Positions 52,495-64,000 of a stretch of DNA of 64,000 nucleotides are shown here, piece after piece; the stretch's first letter is position 1; each line of letters begins with the position of its first letter. This DNA comes from Pristiophorus japonicus (Eukaryota), in contig NC_091992.1 in the NCBI RefSeq assembly GCF_044704955.1, positions 116,002,001-116,066,000 on the forward strand, read 5' to 3'. The notes beneath the pieces were generated by a model. It ran no database searches and had not been told where the DNA came from. It was given only the letters and a program-made list of their open reading frames with translations. Made by a program: the position numbers and the translations under genes.

Positions 52495-53200
52495 CGAGCT
52501 GAGCTTCCAACACCATAACCTCTCCATCAAAAACACCGCCTACGTCCACCTCCGTAACATTGCCCGCTTCCGCTCCTGCCTCAATCCATTTCCCGCTGAA
52601 ACTCTCATCCATATTTATCATCGCCAGACTCAACTATTCTAATGCACTCTTGGTGAGCCTCCCAATTTTCATCCTCTGTAAACTCCAGCTCACCCAAAAC
52701 TCTGATGCCCATATCCTATTCTGCACCAATTCCTGCTCACCCATCACCCCTGTGCTTGCTGACCTACATTAACTCACTGTCTCCAATGCCTCACATTTAA
52801 AATTCTCATCTTCGTGTTTAATTCCCTGTATGGTCTCACTCCTCCCTATCTCTGTAACTGTCTCCAGCCCTACAACCCTTTGAGAATGCTGCATTTCTCC
52901 AACTCTGGCTTCTGGCGCATCCCACACTCATTTCACCCCACAACTGGCAACCATGCCTTCAGCAGTCTAAGTCCTAAGCTCTGGAAATCCCTCCCTAAAC
53001 CTCACCGCCACTATGCATCTCTCTCTTCCTTTAAGACCCACCTTAAAACCCATGTCTTTGACCAAGCTTTTAGTCAACCCTCTTAATATCTGCTTCTTTG
53101 GCTCAGCGTCCATTTTTGTCTGATTACACTTCTGTGAAGCGCCTTCGGACGTTTTTGTAGACTAAAGGCACTACATAAATGAAAGTTTTTGTTGTTGTCA
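52495..53200 (+). mobile_element. L2 3' end
   Basis: RLNYSNALL..KLQLTQN..PITPVLADLH; PKLWKSLP..FKTHLKTH; ttgttgttg tail. Confidence 0.85.
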
Positions 53201-53984
53201 GCAATGTGCACCAGATACCCTCCAGTCTGCATCGTTTGGACTTGAAGCAAAGATGGGGAAATGATCAAGATGGGAAAGTGTAAAGGTTTGTTTGGGGACT
53301 GCTAATATAGAAAGAGAAAAAAAATAGAGGTTGAACCATTCCAACCATTTGGCACACTTTCTCACAGTTGACTAATAAGCAGAGTGTTGGAGCAGATCCA
53401 GCTGGAAACTGTATACAATTTCAATATTAAAGTTTATAGTTTATTGATGGTTGGCAAAATGTCATGGAGACAGATTCAAAACAATCATAAATGATTGAAT
53501 GAACTAATTTTAGAGCTCAAACTGAAGAAGCCAAGGGCACTCAGAGAGTATCTAAACCTGTACCTTAATAAGCTATGCAAATACATGGGGAACCTTGTAC
53601 TTTATGGTGCAAATTTCCTATGATTCAAGGAATGTTGCATAATATATTCAACTAGCTGTAACTAGGATTTAAAATGTGGCTTCATTTCAGACAGGAGTCT
53701 AATGTTTTATATTTGCCGAATTCCAAAATGTATGAAGATGATAAGACGAACATTAATCTTGATATCAATAACAAATATTTTGCAGTTGCATTTACAGTGC
53801 AATGTTTGTCTGCATAATGAATGCACCTTATTGGTGGTGCTTGGCATCAATGAATTGATTTTGCTCTTGTTAAAACAAATTAGTTTATTCCTTAAAAAGG
53901 TGCATACCAACGCGGAACTAACATCCTCACTTGCAGACTTCCACTGGGCTGATAAAAAGCACAGGACTTGGATGCTGCCTGCAG

Positions 53985-54198
53985 AAGTCTCTGCGCGAGC
54001 CCGAGTGACAGCGAGTGTGATTGACGGGCGGGAGCCAATGGGCAGGCGGGGGTTCCCCAGCCCGGCCTGTCCATTGGACAGGGCCGGTGCGGGTCGGCCA
54101 ATCGGCTTGGCGGAGGCGGTGCTGGCGGCTGTCGAGGGGGGGCCACGTGTGCGCTGGATGAGGAAGTGGCTGTGGCGGCTGCTGCTGGAAACAGGGAC
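53985..54198 (+). promoter_or_regulatory. SLC39A11: SLC39A11 CpG-island promoter and 5' UTR
   Basis: GC boxes (gggcggg), CCAAT boxes (~54035, reverse ~54073, ~54098), E-box CACGTG (54144-54149), ETS-like GGAAGT (54162-54167); no TATA box. Confidence 0.75.
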
Positions 54199-54306
54199 AT
54201 GATTGAGGGCTGGAGCCCGATTCTTCAGAGCCTCCTCGGGACCTGCTTCACCTGGGGGCTCACCGCCGCCGGAGCCGCTCTGGTTTTCATCTTCTCACAC
54301 GGGCAG
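54199..54306 (+). CDS. SLC39A11: Zinc transporter ZIP11, first coding exon (36 codons); rest of the gene not identified in the window
   Basis: MIEGWSPILQSLLGTCFTWGLTAAGAALVFIFSHGQ resembles human MLQGHSSVFQALLGTFFTWGMTAAGAALVFVFSSGQ; phase-0 donor CAG|GTCGGT; head-to-head with SSTR2 as in human. Confidence 0.93.
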
Positions 54307-55034
54307 GTCGGTATTTTGTGGACCAGTCATTTGCTTTTTAAAAAAAAAATCAATTAAATGCAGGCAGTGCTACCAAATCCTCTCCCCAGTCTGTCTCAGT
54401 CTCAGCCAGACTTTTATTAATTTAAAATTATTTAAAAAAATAATAATCTTAAATCAAAGGTGTGAATAACCTCTGGGAAACCCAAGCCTTTATGACATTG
54501 ACACGGGACGTTCAATTTGGCAACACACTGTAAGGGAGAAAATCTGCAAAATAATAGTTTGTTGAATTTTGCAAATAAATATTTCTTATAATCATTTCCT
54601 CAACGACATGCTCATGAAGCAACAACGTCAGATTTTCTGTAAGATGTTCATCTCCTCATAGTGTACACTATATAGCATTGCTGATGCCTCTGAACAGGGT
54701 CTCCTTTATGTCTTTCCTTCGGACCTTTTTGTATTGTGTCATGGTGGAATTGCAGTATTTGCAATGCCACATTGACTGCCCAACCCTTTCCTGCAAGACA
54801 CCAGCTTGCAGCCATTCTTGCATGTATTATCTGAGGGTGTGTCAGTACTTATCCTCACTTTTCTGGTTACTTTACCTGGTGTTACTTTCCATCTAGTTGC
54901 CTTTTAGAGAGTACGCTGTTCAGGGTAGATGCCATAATCCTGGACAGCTCTTAATGATACTGATGTTTGACAGGCCAAAGCCAGAGTGTTGCAAATGTGC
55001 ACCTCTGCTTGATGCAGGATGCCTCAGAGATAAT

Positions 55035-55810
55035 TACAACAACTTGCATTTATATTGCACCTTTTAACATAGGAAAACGTCCCAAGGTGCTTCACAGAAG
55101 TGAAATCAGAAAAAAGATTACACTTAAGCATTGAAGGAGCTATTTAGCAGGGTGACTAAAAGCTTGGTCAAAGAGACAAGTTTTAAGGGGGGTCTTAAAG
55201 AAGGAGATAGAGGAGGAAAGGCAAAGAGGTTTAGTGATTGAATTCCAGAGCTTAGTGCCACGAGAACTGCTTAATTAATCGTTTCTCCTATTGCTGTTTG
55301 ATGCACCTCTTTGTGCACAGAATGTCTGCTGCATTTCCTTACATTACAACAGTGACTACATTTCAGAAGTACTTCATTGGTTGTGAAATGCTTTGGGACA
55401 TCATAGGGTCATGAAAGGGGCTATGTAAATGCAAGGTTTTAGTTTTGTTTCAATGGCTGAAGACTGAAGGGAGTGAGGGGATGTGCAAGAGGCGAGTGTT
55501 GGATGAATACAGATTTTTGGAGGTTTAAGATCTGACAACTGAGATAGGAAGAAGTGAGGCCATGGAGGGACTTGAACACAAGGATGAAAATTTTATATTT
55601 TAGGTGCTGGTGGACCGGGACCCAGCGTAGGTCAACAAGCACATGGCTGATGGATGAGTGGGACTTTGTGTGTGGGTTAGAATCCGCCAGCAGAGTTTTG
55701 GATGGGCTCAAGATTATGGAGGGTAAAAATTGGGAGGGCAATCAGGAGAGCATTCGAATCGTCGTCTGGAGGTGCCGAAGGCATAGGTGAGGGTTTCAGC
55801 AGAAGATGGG
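55035..55810 (-). mobile_element. L2 3' end with a SINE tail inserted (55285-55440, +)
   Basis: L2 tail acaacaacttgcatttatat; HVLVDLRWVPV..KYKI..LHGLT; Deu-like core at 55290-55360. Confidence 0.75.
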
Positions 55811-55814
55811 CTGA

Positions 55815-56400
55815 AGCTACAGAGAAAATTGAGCTGATTAGACAGAGCCAACATGGATTTGTAAAGAGTAGGCCATATTGAACAAACCAAATTGAATTTT
55901 TTGAGTAACTGAAATAGTAGACAGGGGAATGTTGATGGACATAATTTTATATGGACTTGCATTTGATAAGGTTCTACATAAGAGACTTAGGTAAAATTAA
56001 AACTCATGGAATTGAGGGCAGATTATTGCCCTGGTCAGGCGGTAGAAGACAGCAGCGATAATGGGTATGTATTGAATTGGAAGGAAGTGACTCGTGGTGT
56101 CCCGCAAGGATCTATACTGGGGCCTGAACTATTCGCTATATATTTCTTAATGGCTCAGATAACACAACAGAGAGCCATATACCCCAGTTTGCCGATGACA
56201 CAAATATAGGTAGCATAGTAAGTAGTGTAGATGGGAGCATAAAACTACAAAGTGACAATGATAGATTAAGTGAGTGGGTAAAACTATTGCAGATGGATTT
56301 CAATGCAGGTAAGTGTGAGATCATCCAATTTGGATAAAAAAAAGTATAGATCTGGGTCTTTCTCAAATGGTGATCAGGTAAGAACAGCAGAGGATCATGA
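55815..56400 (+). mobile_element. CR1 fragment
   Basis: VTRGVPQGSILGPELF; tttgccgatgacaca (FADDT). Confidence 0.8.
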
Positions 56401-57589
56401 GACCTGACGGCACCTGATGTGGCCCAACCAAATCTGGTGATTTATGGTGAATCAGTTGCGTGCCATTTAATGCTCAATCAGCACTCCTTGGACTTGAGGG
56501 AGCAAAGATGGGAGCCATACCAGGGAAAATGACCAGGTTGGGAGAGAGTTAAGGTTTTACGAGGACAACGAAGGTGGAGGTGAGGGAGTGGTTGAGCAAA
56601 GCAAAGAAGTGTCCAAGAAACAAATTACGCAGACGTGTATGTAGGTAATGGTCACCGGACAGGATGCACCTTTTGCGACATTAAAATGATTCCACACACC
56701 TCCACATTGAACATGAATTGGGAAGTCAAGAGACCGATCAGTATCACATCTTGAGGGAATAACAGCAAAGCATAGCAGAAGTGTCATGGAGCAAACCAAG
56801 GATGATATAGAATTACATAGAATATACAGCAGATGAAGAGGCCATTCGGCCCAACCAGCCCATGCTGGCGTTTACGCTTCACTCAAGATTACTCCCCATG
56901 CTTCCTCATCTAACTCTATCAGCATAACCCTCTGTTCCCTTCTCGCTCATCTGCCTATTTAGCTTCCCCTTAAATGCATCTATACTATTCCCCTCATTAG
57001 AAAGATCTACTAAGTAATCCCAGCACTGTTCATTTCAAAGCAATAGTTGTACATATTACAAGATCACTAAAGTAAGGTGTAAAGTTAGGTCAGTGCATTG
57101 TTATGGATCATAATCTGTCTGAAGCTTTTGCCAGTTGATCGGTCTAAGGGACTGGCCGCTTCCTTGGCAGGCCAGTTTTGAAGTTTTCCTGTAGTGTCGG
57201 GTTTCATAAAGGGTAGGGCAGTCATTAATAGTGTTTAGACAAGTAAGCTGATTTCATTTATAAGCAATTCTGATTTAATTGTACGGTCCCTTAAATATCC
57301 TGCATGCGGTTAGAAGCTTTGCATCACATACTGAAAGAAGGTAAAGCAGTTTGTATCAGTGTTTTAAGTCCAGAGGTTAGATCACTGCCTTGAGAATGTT
57401 CCCTTATACAATATTCAAATCTTTTTTTGTACTTTTAATCATTGTTTGTGTGATACGTATTGATGTGTTCTGGTGTTCGTTAAATCCTTGCAATACTTAA
57501 AAAAAAAGACACATTGTGTTTCTCCTGAGCACAGTATGTCCCAATAATGGATTACAGATTGTGAAATGACTGTAGTAACTAGTGCAAAT

Positions 57590-58815
57590 GTGAGCAGGAA
57601 GTTGCAAAGGGATAATTGACATTGAGTGGGCAAAACTATGGCAAATGGAGTTCAATGTCAAGTCATCCACTTTGGACCCACGAAAGATAAATCAAAGTAT
57701 TGTCTAAATGGTGAGACACTAGGAACTGCAGAGAAGCAAAGAGATTTGGGAGGCTAGGTACTTCAAATCATTAAAAGCCAGTAGACCAGTACAAAAAACA
57801 ATCAAAGCTTAATGAGAGTTATCTCAAGGAGGTTGGAATACCAAGGTGAGGAAGTTATGCTTTAGTTACACAGAGCTTTGTTCGGATCCCATCTGGAGTA
57901 CTACATTCAGTTATGGGCACTGTATCTTAGGAAGGATGTATTGACCTTGGAGGGGGTCAGCGCAGATTCACCAGAATGATACCGGGGCTTACAGGGTTAT
58001 ATTATGAGGACCGGTTGCATAAACTTGGTTTGTATTCGCTTGAGTATTGAAGAACAAGGGTGGTCTGATTGAGGTGTTTAAATGTAAAAAGGATTTGATG
58101 GGGTAGATACCGAGAAACTATTTCCTCTGGTGGAGAAATCAAGAAAGGGGACATAATCATAAAATTGGAACTAGGCCATTCAGGAATGAAATCACAAATC
58201 ACCTTTTCACACAAAGGGTAGTACAGGTACAATGTCTCACATCCGGTTGTCCGAAAATTGGAATTGTCTGAAAACTGGACATTTTTGAGAACATCCCATT
58301 TGATATTCAGTAAACTATAATCCAGAATTATTGTCCAAAAAACCGGCGGGCCGGACTAGTTATCTGCTTCGTCGCTATGTTTTCGGATTTGAGACGTTGT
58401 ACCTGTAATGGGGGAGGCGGCCAAGATGTCGGCAGCCCAACCACTGGGCGTCTCCAACCCGGTGACGTCGGGCGGCGAGGGATGAGAAAAGCGGTTTAAA
58501 AAAAAAACCACGGCGAGGATCAGCAGGTGGCGGGGAATGCCAACACTGAGGTCCGAAATCTGAAAATCGGCACGGTCTCGGTCCTGAGATTGCCGGATTT
58601 GAGACGTTGTACCTGTAGAAATCAGGAACTCTATTCCCCAAAAGGGTGTGGATGTTGGGACAATTGGAACTTTCAAAAGTGAGATGAATAGATTTTTGTG
58701 AAGTAAGGGTATCAATGGATATGAAGAAAATAAGAGTTGAGGTTCAGATCAGACATGATCTAATTGAGTGGTGGAGCAGGCGCGAGGGCTGAATGACCCT
58801 TGTTCCGAATGTTCC
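57590..58815 (+). mobile_element. CR1 3' fragment interrupted by a MITE
   Basis: tgagtgggcaaaactatggcaaatggagttcaatg..cccatctggagtactac..; the host reads through acaaagggtagTA|gaaatc. Confidence 0.8.
58224..58615. mobile_element. Tc1/mariner (Tigger/pogo-like) MITE with TA TSD and a duplicated right TIR
   Basis: TA|CAGGTACAATGTCTCACATCCGG ... CCGGATTTGAGACGTTGTACCTG|TA; a second right end terminates at 58405. Confidence 0.85.
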
Positions 58816-58984
58816 AAAGTAGGTTTACTGATGTACAATAATCTGATTATTACACTCGAAGGACAATGGAATGTGCTGATAACTGTTATTAGCACTAAAA
58901 GTGACTAAGGAACTCTATGTGAAATTGAAACATTAAAAATAACTGATGCGAAGTGCTGACTTCAAATCTATGATCTATTATGTG

Positions 58985-59392
58985 TTACAAATATCCCGAT
59001 TTCAAATTTCTCATCCTTGTTTTCACATTTGTCCATGGCCTCACCCCACCCTATCTCTGCAATCTCCTCCAGCTCCACAACTCCCCGAGATGTCTGCGCT
59101 CCTCTAATTCTGCCCTCTTGCGCATCCCTGATTTTAAATCGCTCAACCATTGGTGGCCATGCCTTCAGGTGCCTAGACCCTAAGCTCTGGAACTCCTTGC
59201 TTAAACCTCTCCGCCTCTCTACCTCTCTTTCCTCCTTCAAGATGCTCCTTAAAATCTACCTCTCACGTACCCTAATTTTTCCTTATGCGGCTTGGTGCCA
59301 AATTTGTAGTCTTAATAATACGCCTGTGAAGCACCTTGGGATGTTTTGCTACGTTAAAAGGCGCTATATAAATACAAGTTGCTGCTTGCTTT
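58985..59392 (+). mobile_element. L2 3' end
   Basis: FKFLILVF..HGLTPPYL; AFRCLDPKLWNSL; gcgctatataaatacaagttg. Confidence 0.85.
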
Positions 59393-60271
59393 GATTTGCT
59401 TCTCTCAACCACCAACCACAAGCATTGTAAAAGCATGAATTGGCCATTATTTTCTCTTCAATTATGCAGTACTGTGCTGAGATTTGGCCCTTTGGTATTT
59501 TGAATTTTACACGAATGAGAACCATTTGCTAAGGAGTGATTATATTTCTACGTTGATTGGAAAATTGTCGGCGGGGCAAATAGAAAACAAATCCAAGAGG
59601 GTTGTATTTTCCACGTTTTCACATCTGTGTACCTTGAAAAATCTACATGATTCAAAATCAACAAATTGCCATTTGTTTTAACAAGTGACTGATGTAATGC
59701 AACGTAAGTAGATGACTGCAATACAATCGAATTTTACATTTAGAAGAAAAATCATTTGAATAAAATAATCCTATCCCTCGATACTTGAAGCCTGTATTTT
59801 CGCGATGTGAAGTCAGCTACATTGTTTGTTCGCTTAAATTCAACTTGACTAGAATTATGGATCCAACCCGCTGTGAGAATGAGCGTAATCAGTTATTAGC
59901 TGTGATTTCTCTTGTTCTGCTCTTCACAGGTTTTAACAAGGTCTTGCCACACTGGCAGTAATCTAGCCAACAAGTACATAAACAAGATGAAAACATGATG
60001 TAAGCTCGAGAACTGTAGCTTTTATTTCTAGCTTGGGTTGCCGGCAGGTGCAGGGAAATGGGTCAGTAAGTTGTGCTTGTTGCATGGTGATGGTGAATTT
60101 TACCCTGAGTTCCTTCGCCCCACCCTTGACGGCTGTGCGTCCAAATGTCTCGGCCCTAACCTCCAGAATTCTCTCTCGAGTCGATACAGAGAAGCTACTT
60201 CCTTTGGTATGAAAGTCCAGAACGCGCAGACATAATAAAATTAGAGTGAGGACGTTCAGGAGTTATATGAG

Positions 60272-60445
60272 TGTAATGTCTGTAAGCTTGTAATGTTTGC
60301 AGCTCCACACTGTGGATGTGGACGTATTGTGTACTGCAATTGCAGAGTTAATCATTAAACAGAACCAGGCAATTCTGGAGGTTTCCGAGAGAGCTGCCTG
60401 CCATGTTAGGAAGTTGTGTGTGCTGTGTTCTGTGAATATATCACA
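60272..60445 (+). mobile_element. 5' LTR of the Gypsy element
   Basis: TGTAA...TCACA termini, followed by a primer binding site TGGCGACGAG (60448-60457); the left boundary is inferred. Confidence 0.75.
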
Positions 60446-63400
60446 TTTGGCGACGAGAATAGGATTTTTCGGATGATTTAAAGCTTAAATTTTGTTGGTG
60501 AATGATTCAGCCAGCCGACAGAGAGACTTTGGAAGTTTCTGTCTTTGGAAAAAGCTACAAAAATCCGAGGTAAAATACAGCACATGGTGTGAACAGCTAG
60601 ACATTAAAATGGCAGGTGTATTGGGATATTTGGGTGAATATCGACACGACCGGGGTTTTAAAGCGTATGTGGATCGGCTAGAAATGTATTTCACTGCACA
60701 TAACATAATCGAAGTTACAGACAATGCAGGTCAGAACCGGGCTGTGTTGGAACATAAGAAACCGATCTTCTTATCGGAGGCAGGTCCGGCATTATATGAC
60801 ACCCTTGTAAATCTGCTTGTGCCTGACGAGCCATAGGACACAATGCTTAAAGATATTTTAACGAAGCTGGAGCAGCACTATAACCCCAAACCGTTAGAAA
60901 TTGCTGAAAGCTATCGTTTCGGGATTTGGAATCAAAAGGCTGATGGAAGTATCAGTGATTACATGGTAGCATTAAAAAAGCTATCGATGCACTGTAATTT
61001 TGGTAACTTTCAAAACGGGATCGTTTTGTTTATGGGGTGAAAAATGATGCGATCAGAAGGAAGTTATTGACAACGGATGATTTGACTTTTGAGATTGCTT
61101 GTCAGACAGCGAGGTTGATGGGCATGGCCGAACAATGTTCCCGAGAATTAAATAATAATTACGGTCGTCAGTCAACCGAGGGAAATCACCTGCAGGTTCA
61201 AAGTAAAAGACGGGCATGGCCGAAAGTCTCAGAAACTGGAAATTCTATCAGAGCATCAAAGTCGTGCTATAGGTGCCTGGGACAACACATTGTTCAATGT
61301 TATCCATACGTGAAGGCAGAGTGTTTCTTCTGCAGAAAGACTGGGCATCTTGCGAAGGCATGCCGACTGAAGGGTAAACCAGCTTTCAAAGCTATGAGTC
61401 CAGCGTTCAAAGCTATGAGTAGAAATCCCAAGAGACTACATAGCATGGAAGAACAACAACAGGACGAGGAGATGTTAGAGTTACACGTCATCAGGAGCAC
61501 GAGGTTAATGGACAGCGATTCGGAAAGCATCAAAATCCACATAGATGTTGCGGGATTCAAGATACCAATGGGTGCATCTGTGAGTGTAGTACCGGAGTCG
61601 CTATACTGTGACAAATTGCGTGATTTCCAACTGGAGAAATCCAAGATAGAGCTGCGAGGCTACTCGGGAGAGAAACTTCCTGTGGTTGGTTGTAGCACTG
61701 TACCGGTGAAATATAAAGATCAATTTCAGAACTTGCCTCTAATAGTAGTGAAAGGAGACAAGTCTGCCTTACTAGGAAGAAATTGGTTGAGTTCACTGAA
61801 GCTGGATTGGAGTAAGATTTTCAGTGTGGAAGCGAGATTTTCATCAACGGATGAGGTTATCAAGCAGTATCCGAAGGTGTTCTGCAAAACAGGCAGTCCG
61901 ATCCAAGGCTTCAAGGCGAGTGTCAGGGTACAGAAGGACACTAGATCGGTTTACTACAAGCCGCGTTCTGTACCATATGCACTCTAGGAGAAAGTTGAGC
62001 AAGAACTCAAAAGACTCGAGACTGAGAACATTATTTGTAAGATAGATCGATGTAATTGGGCTTCACCCATTGTTGTTGTATCTAAGTCCAATGGTAAGGT
62101 AAGATTGTGTGGTGATTATAAAGTAACCGTAAACCAGGTTCTAGACGGTAATGTCCCCAATACATTGCCAAATATAGAAGATTTGTTCACAACACTGACA
62201 GGTGGTCCGATCTTCTCAAAACTGGATCTTACAAATGCCTACTTACAGCTTGAACTAGATGAGGAGTCCAAGTCATGTTTGACTATAAATACTCATCTAG
62301 GCCTATATCAATTTAATAGGCTACCGTTGGAATGTCTTCCGCCCCTGCCGCATTCCAAGGGGTGATGAACCAGATTTTGCAAGGTATTGAAGGGGTAGTA
62401 TGTTATTTGGATGACATACTCATTTCAGCACCAAATAGGCAAATTCATAATAACACATTGAATGAAGTCCTCAAACGGCTAGAGAAGCACAGAGTACGAG
62501 TGTCTGCTCATAAGTGTGAGTTATTTAAAAACTCAGTGGAGTACTTAGGGTACAGAGTAGACAAAGATGGTTTACATCCAACCATGGAAAAATTGGATGC
62601 AATTAGAAATGCACCCACTCCCAGGAATGTCACTGAACTTCGTTCATTCTTGGGTCTTTTGAACTATTATGGGAAGTTCCTACCAAATTTGGCTACAGTA
62701 TTATATCCACTGAATGAACTTTTGAAAAAACAGGTCCATTGGAAGTGGTCAAAAGAATGCAATACAGCATTCAAGGAGTGTAAAAGCAAATTGGTAGAGA
62801 GCACCATGTTAGTTCACGATGACATATCTAAGGAGATTAAGCTAGCATATGATGCCTCTCCTTGGGAGTTGGGGCAGTGATCTCTCATGTATCACGTCGT
62901 GGCGAGGAGAGACCGATTGCTTTTGCTTCACGCACTCTCAGTGCCAGTGAGAGTAATAATGCGCAAATTGAAAGGGAAGCTTTGGCATGAATTTTTGGGT
63001 CAAGAAGTTTCACAAATACTTGTATGGTCGTAAGTTTACCATCATTACGGACCATAAGCCCCCTAACAGCAATCCTCCATCCAAAGTCCCCAGTTCCAAC
63101 ATTAGCTGCAGCTCGAATGCAGAGATGGGCTTTGATTTTGTCAGCATATACATATGATATTGAATACAGACAATCAGCTGATCATAGTAATGCTGATGCA
63201 ATGTCTAGATTGCCTCCCCCATCACAAGTTACACCCGATAAGGAAGAAGTGTTTTATTTTTCTTTCATTGATGAACTGCCAGTCACAGCTGAAGAGATTG
63301 GTAGAGCAACCAAACGTGACCCAGTGATGTCAAAGGTGTATGAGTATATTGCAAATGGATGGCCAAACCAGGTAACAGACAAAGATACACATCCATTCTT

Positions 63401-64000
63401 CATTCGTAGGAATGAATTATCAGTCGATAAAGATTGTATCATGTGGGGTGCAAGAGTGGTTATACCAAATAAATTCAGGTCCAAATTATTAGGAGACTTC
63501 CATGACCAGCACCTGGGGTGTTTGACCAAGAGTTTTGTGCACAGTTATTTATGGTGGCCAGGTCTTGATAAAGATGTAGAGTACATCGTGAGTCAGTGTA
63601 CGACATGTCAATTGGTAAGCAAGCAACCACCACCAGTCCTATTACAGCCATGGAAATGGCCTCCCAGGGTGTGGCAAAGGCTACATATTGATTTTGCTGA
63701 GTTAGAAGGACAATTGTTCGTGATTGATAGCCATTCGAAGTGGGTTGAGGTGTTTCCAATGTGGAAAATAACAACAAGTAAAACATTGGACATTTTACGA
63801 AAATTATTTTCTTCATTTGGCCTCCCTGAAGAAATTGTTTCAGATAATGGACCACAATTTCGTTCAGAAGAATTTGCACAATTCACGAGCAAAAGTGGTG
63901 TGAAACATACCACCCTGCTTCGAATGGTGCAGCAGAGTGCACTGTACAAATTGTAAAACGTGCCCTCATAAAACAAATGTTAGATCCAAATCCAAGGAAA
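60272..64000 (+). mobile_element. Ty3/Gypsy LTR retrotransposon, inactive (gag-pro-RT-RNaseH-INT), runs off the window
   Basis: Gag from ATG 60609; CCHC knuckle CFFCRKTGHLAKAC; RT FSKLDL..YLDD; RSFLGLLNYY; RNase H DAS; integrase HHCC, LHIDF, SDNGPQF; RT precedes INT; multiple stops and frameshifts. Confidence 0.95.

Noticed and set aside
53702-54202. 166-aa ORF over the SLC39A11 promoter
   Set aside because: No domain similarity; spans AT-rich flank and GC-rich promoter.
59905-59960. Acceptor-like site (cttgttctgctcttcacag|g) as SLC39A11 exon 2
   Set aside because: The following sequence does not encode the expected RRILDGSLGFAAG-like peptide and hits a stop in phase 0.

Overview
Vertebrate genomic DNA, most likely a cartilaginous fish (shark), judged from repeat content (CR1, L2, RTE, Penelope, Deu-domain tRNA-SINEs). 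It is the SSTR2-SLC39A11 locus. Genes: an intact single-exon SSTR2 CDS (15355-16479, -); a second, intact but divergent SSTR2-like receptor (44497-45630, -) lying between SSTR2 and SLC39A11, where mammals have no such gene; and the CpG/CCAAT promoter plus first coding exon of SLC39A11/ZIP11 (54199-54306, +). The rest is largely decayed and nested transposons: many CR1/L2/RTE LINE fragments, SINEs, a rearranged Penelope element with minimal hammerhead ribozyme motifs, a fully palindromic ~880 bp MITE, a TA-flanked Tc1/mariner-type MITE with a duplicated end, two solo LTRs, a dead Gypsy element in the SLC39A11 intron, and a U6 snRNA fragment. Repeat boundaries were placed by eye and are approximate unless a TSD or TIR is quoted. 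No searches or computations were run.
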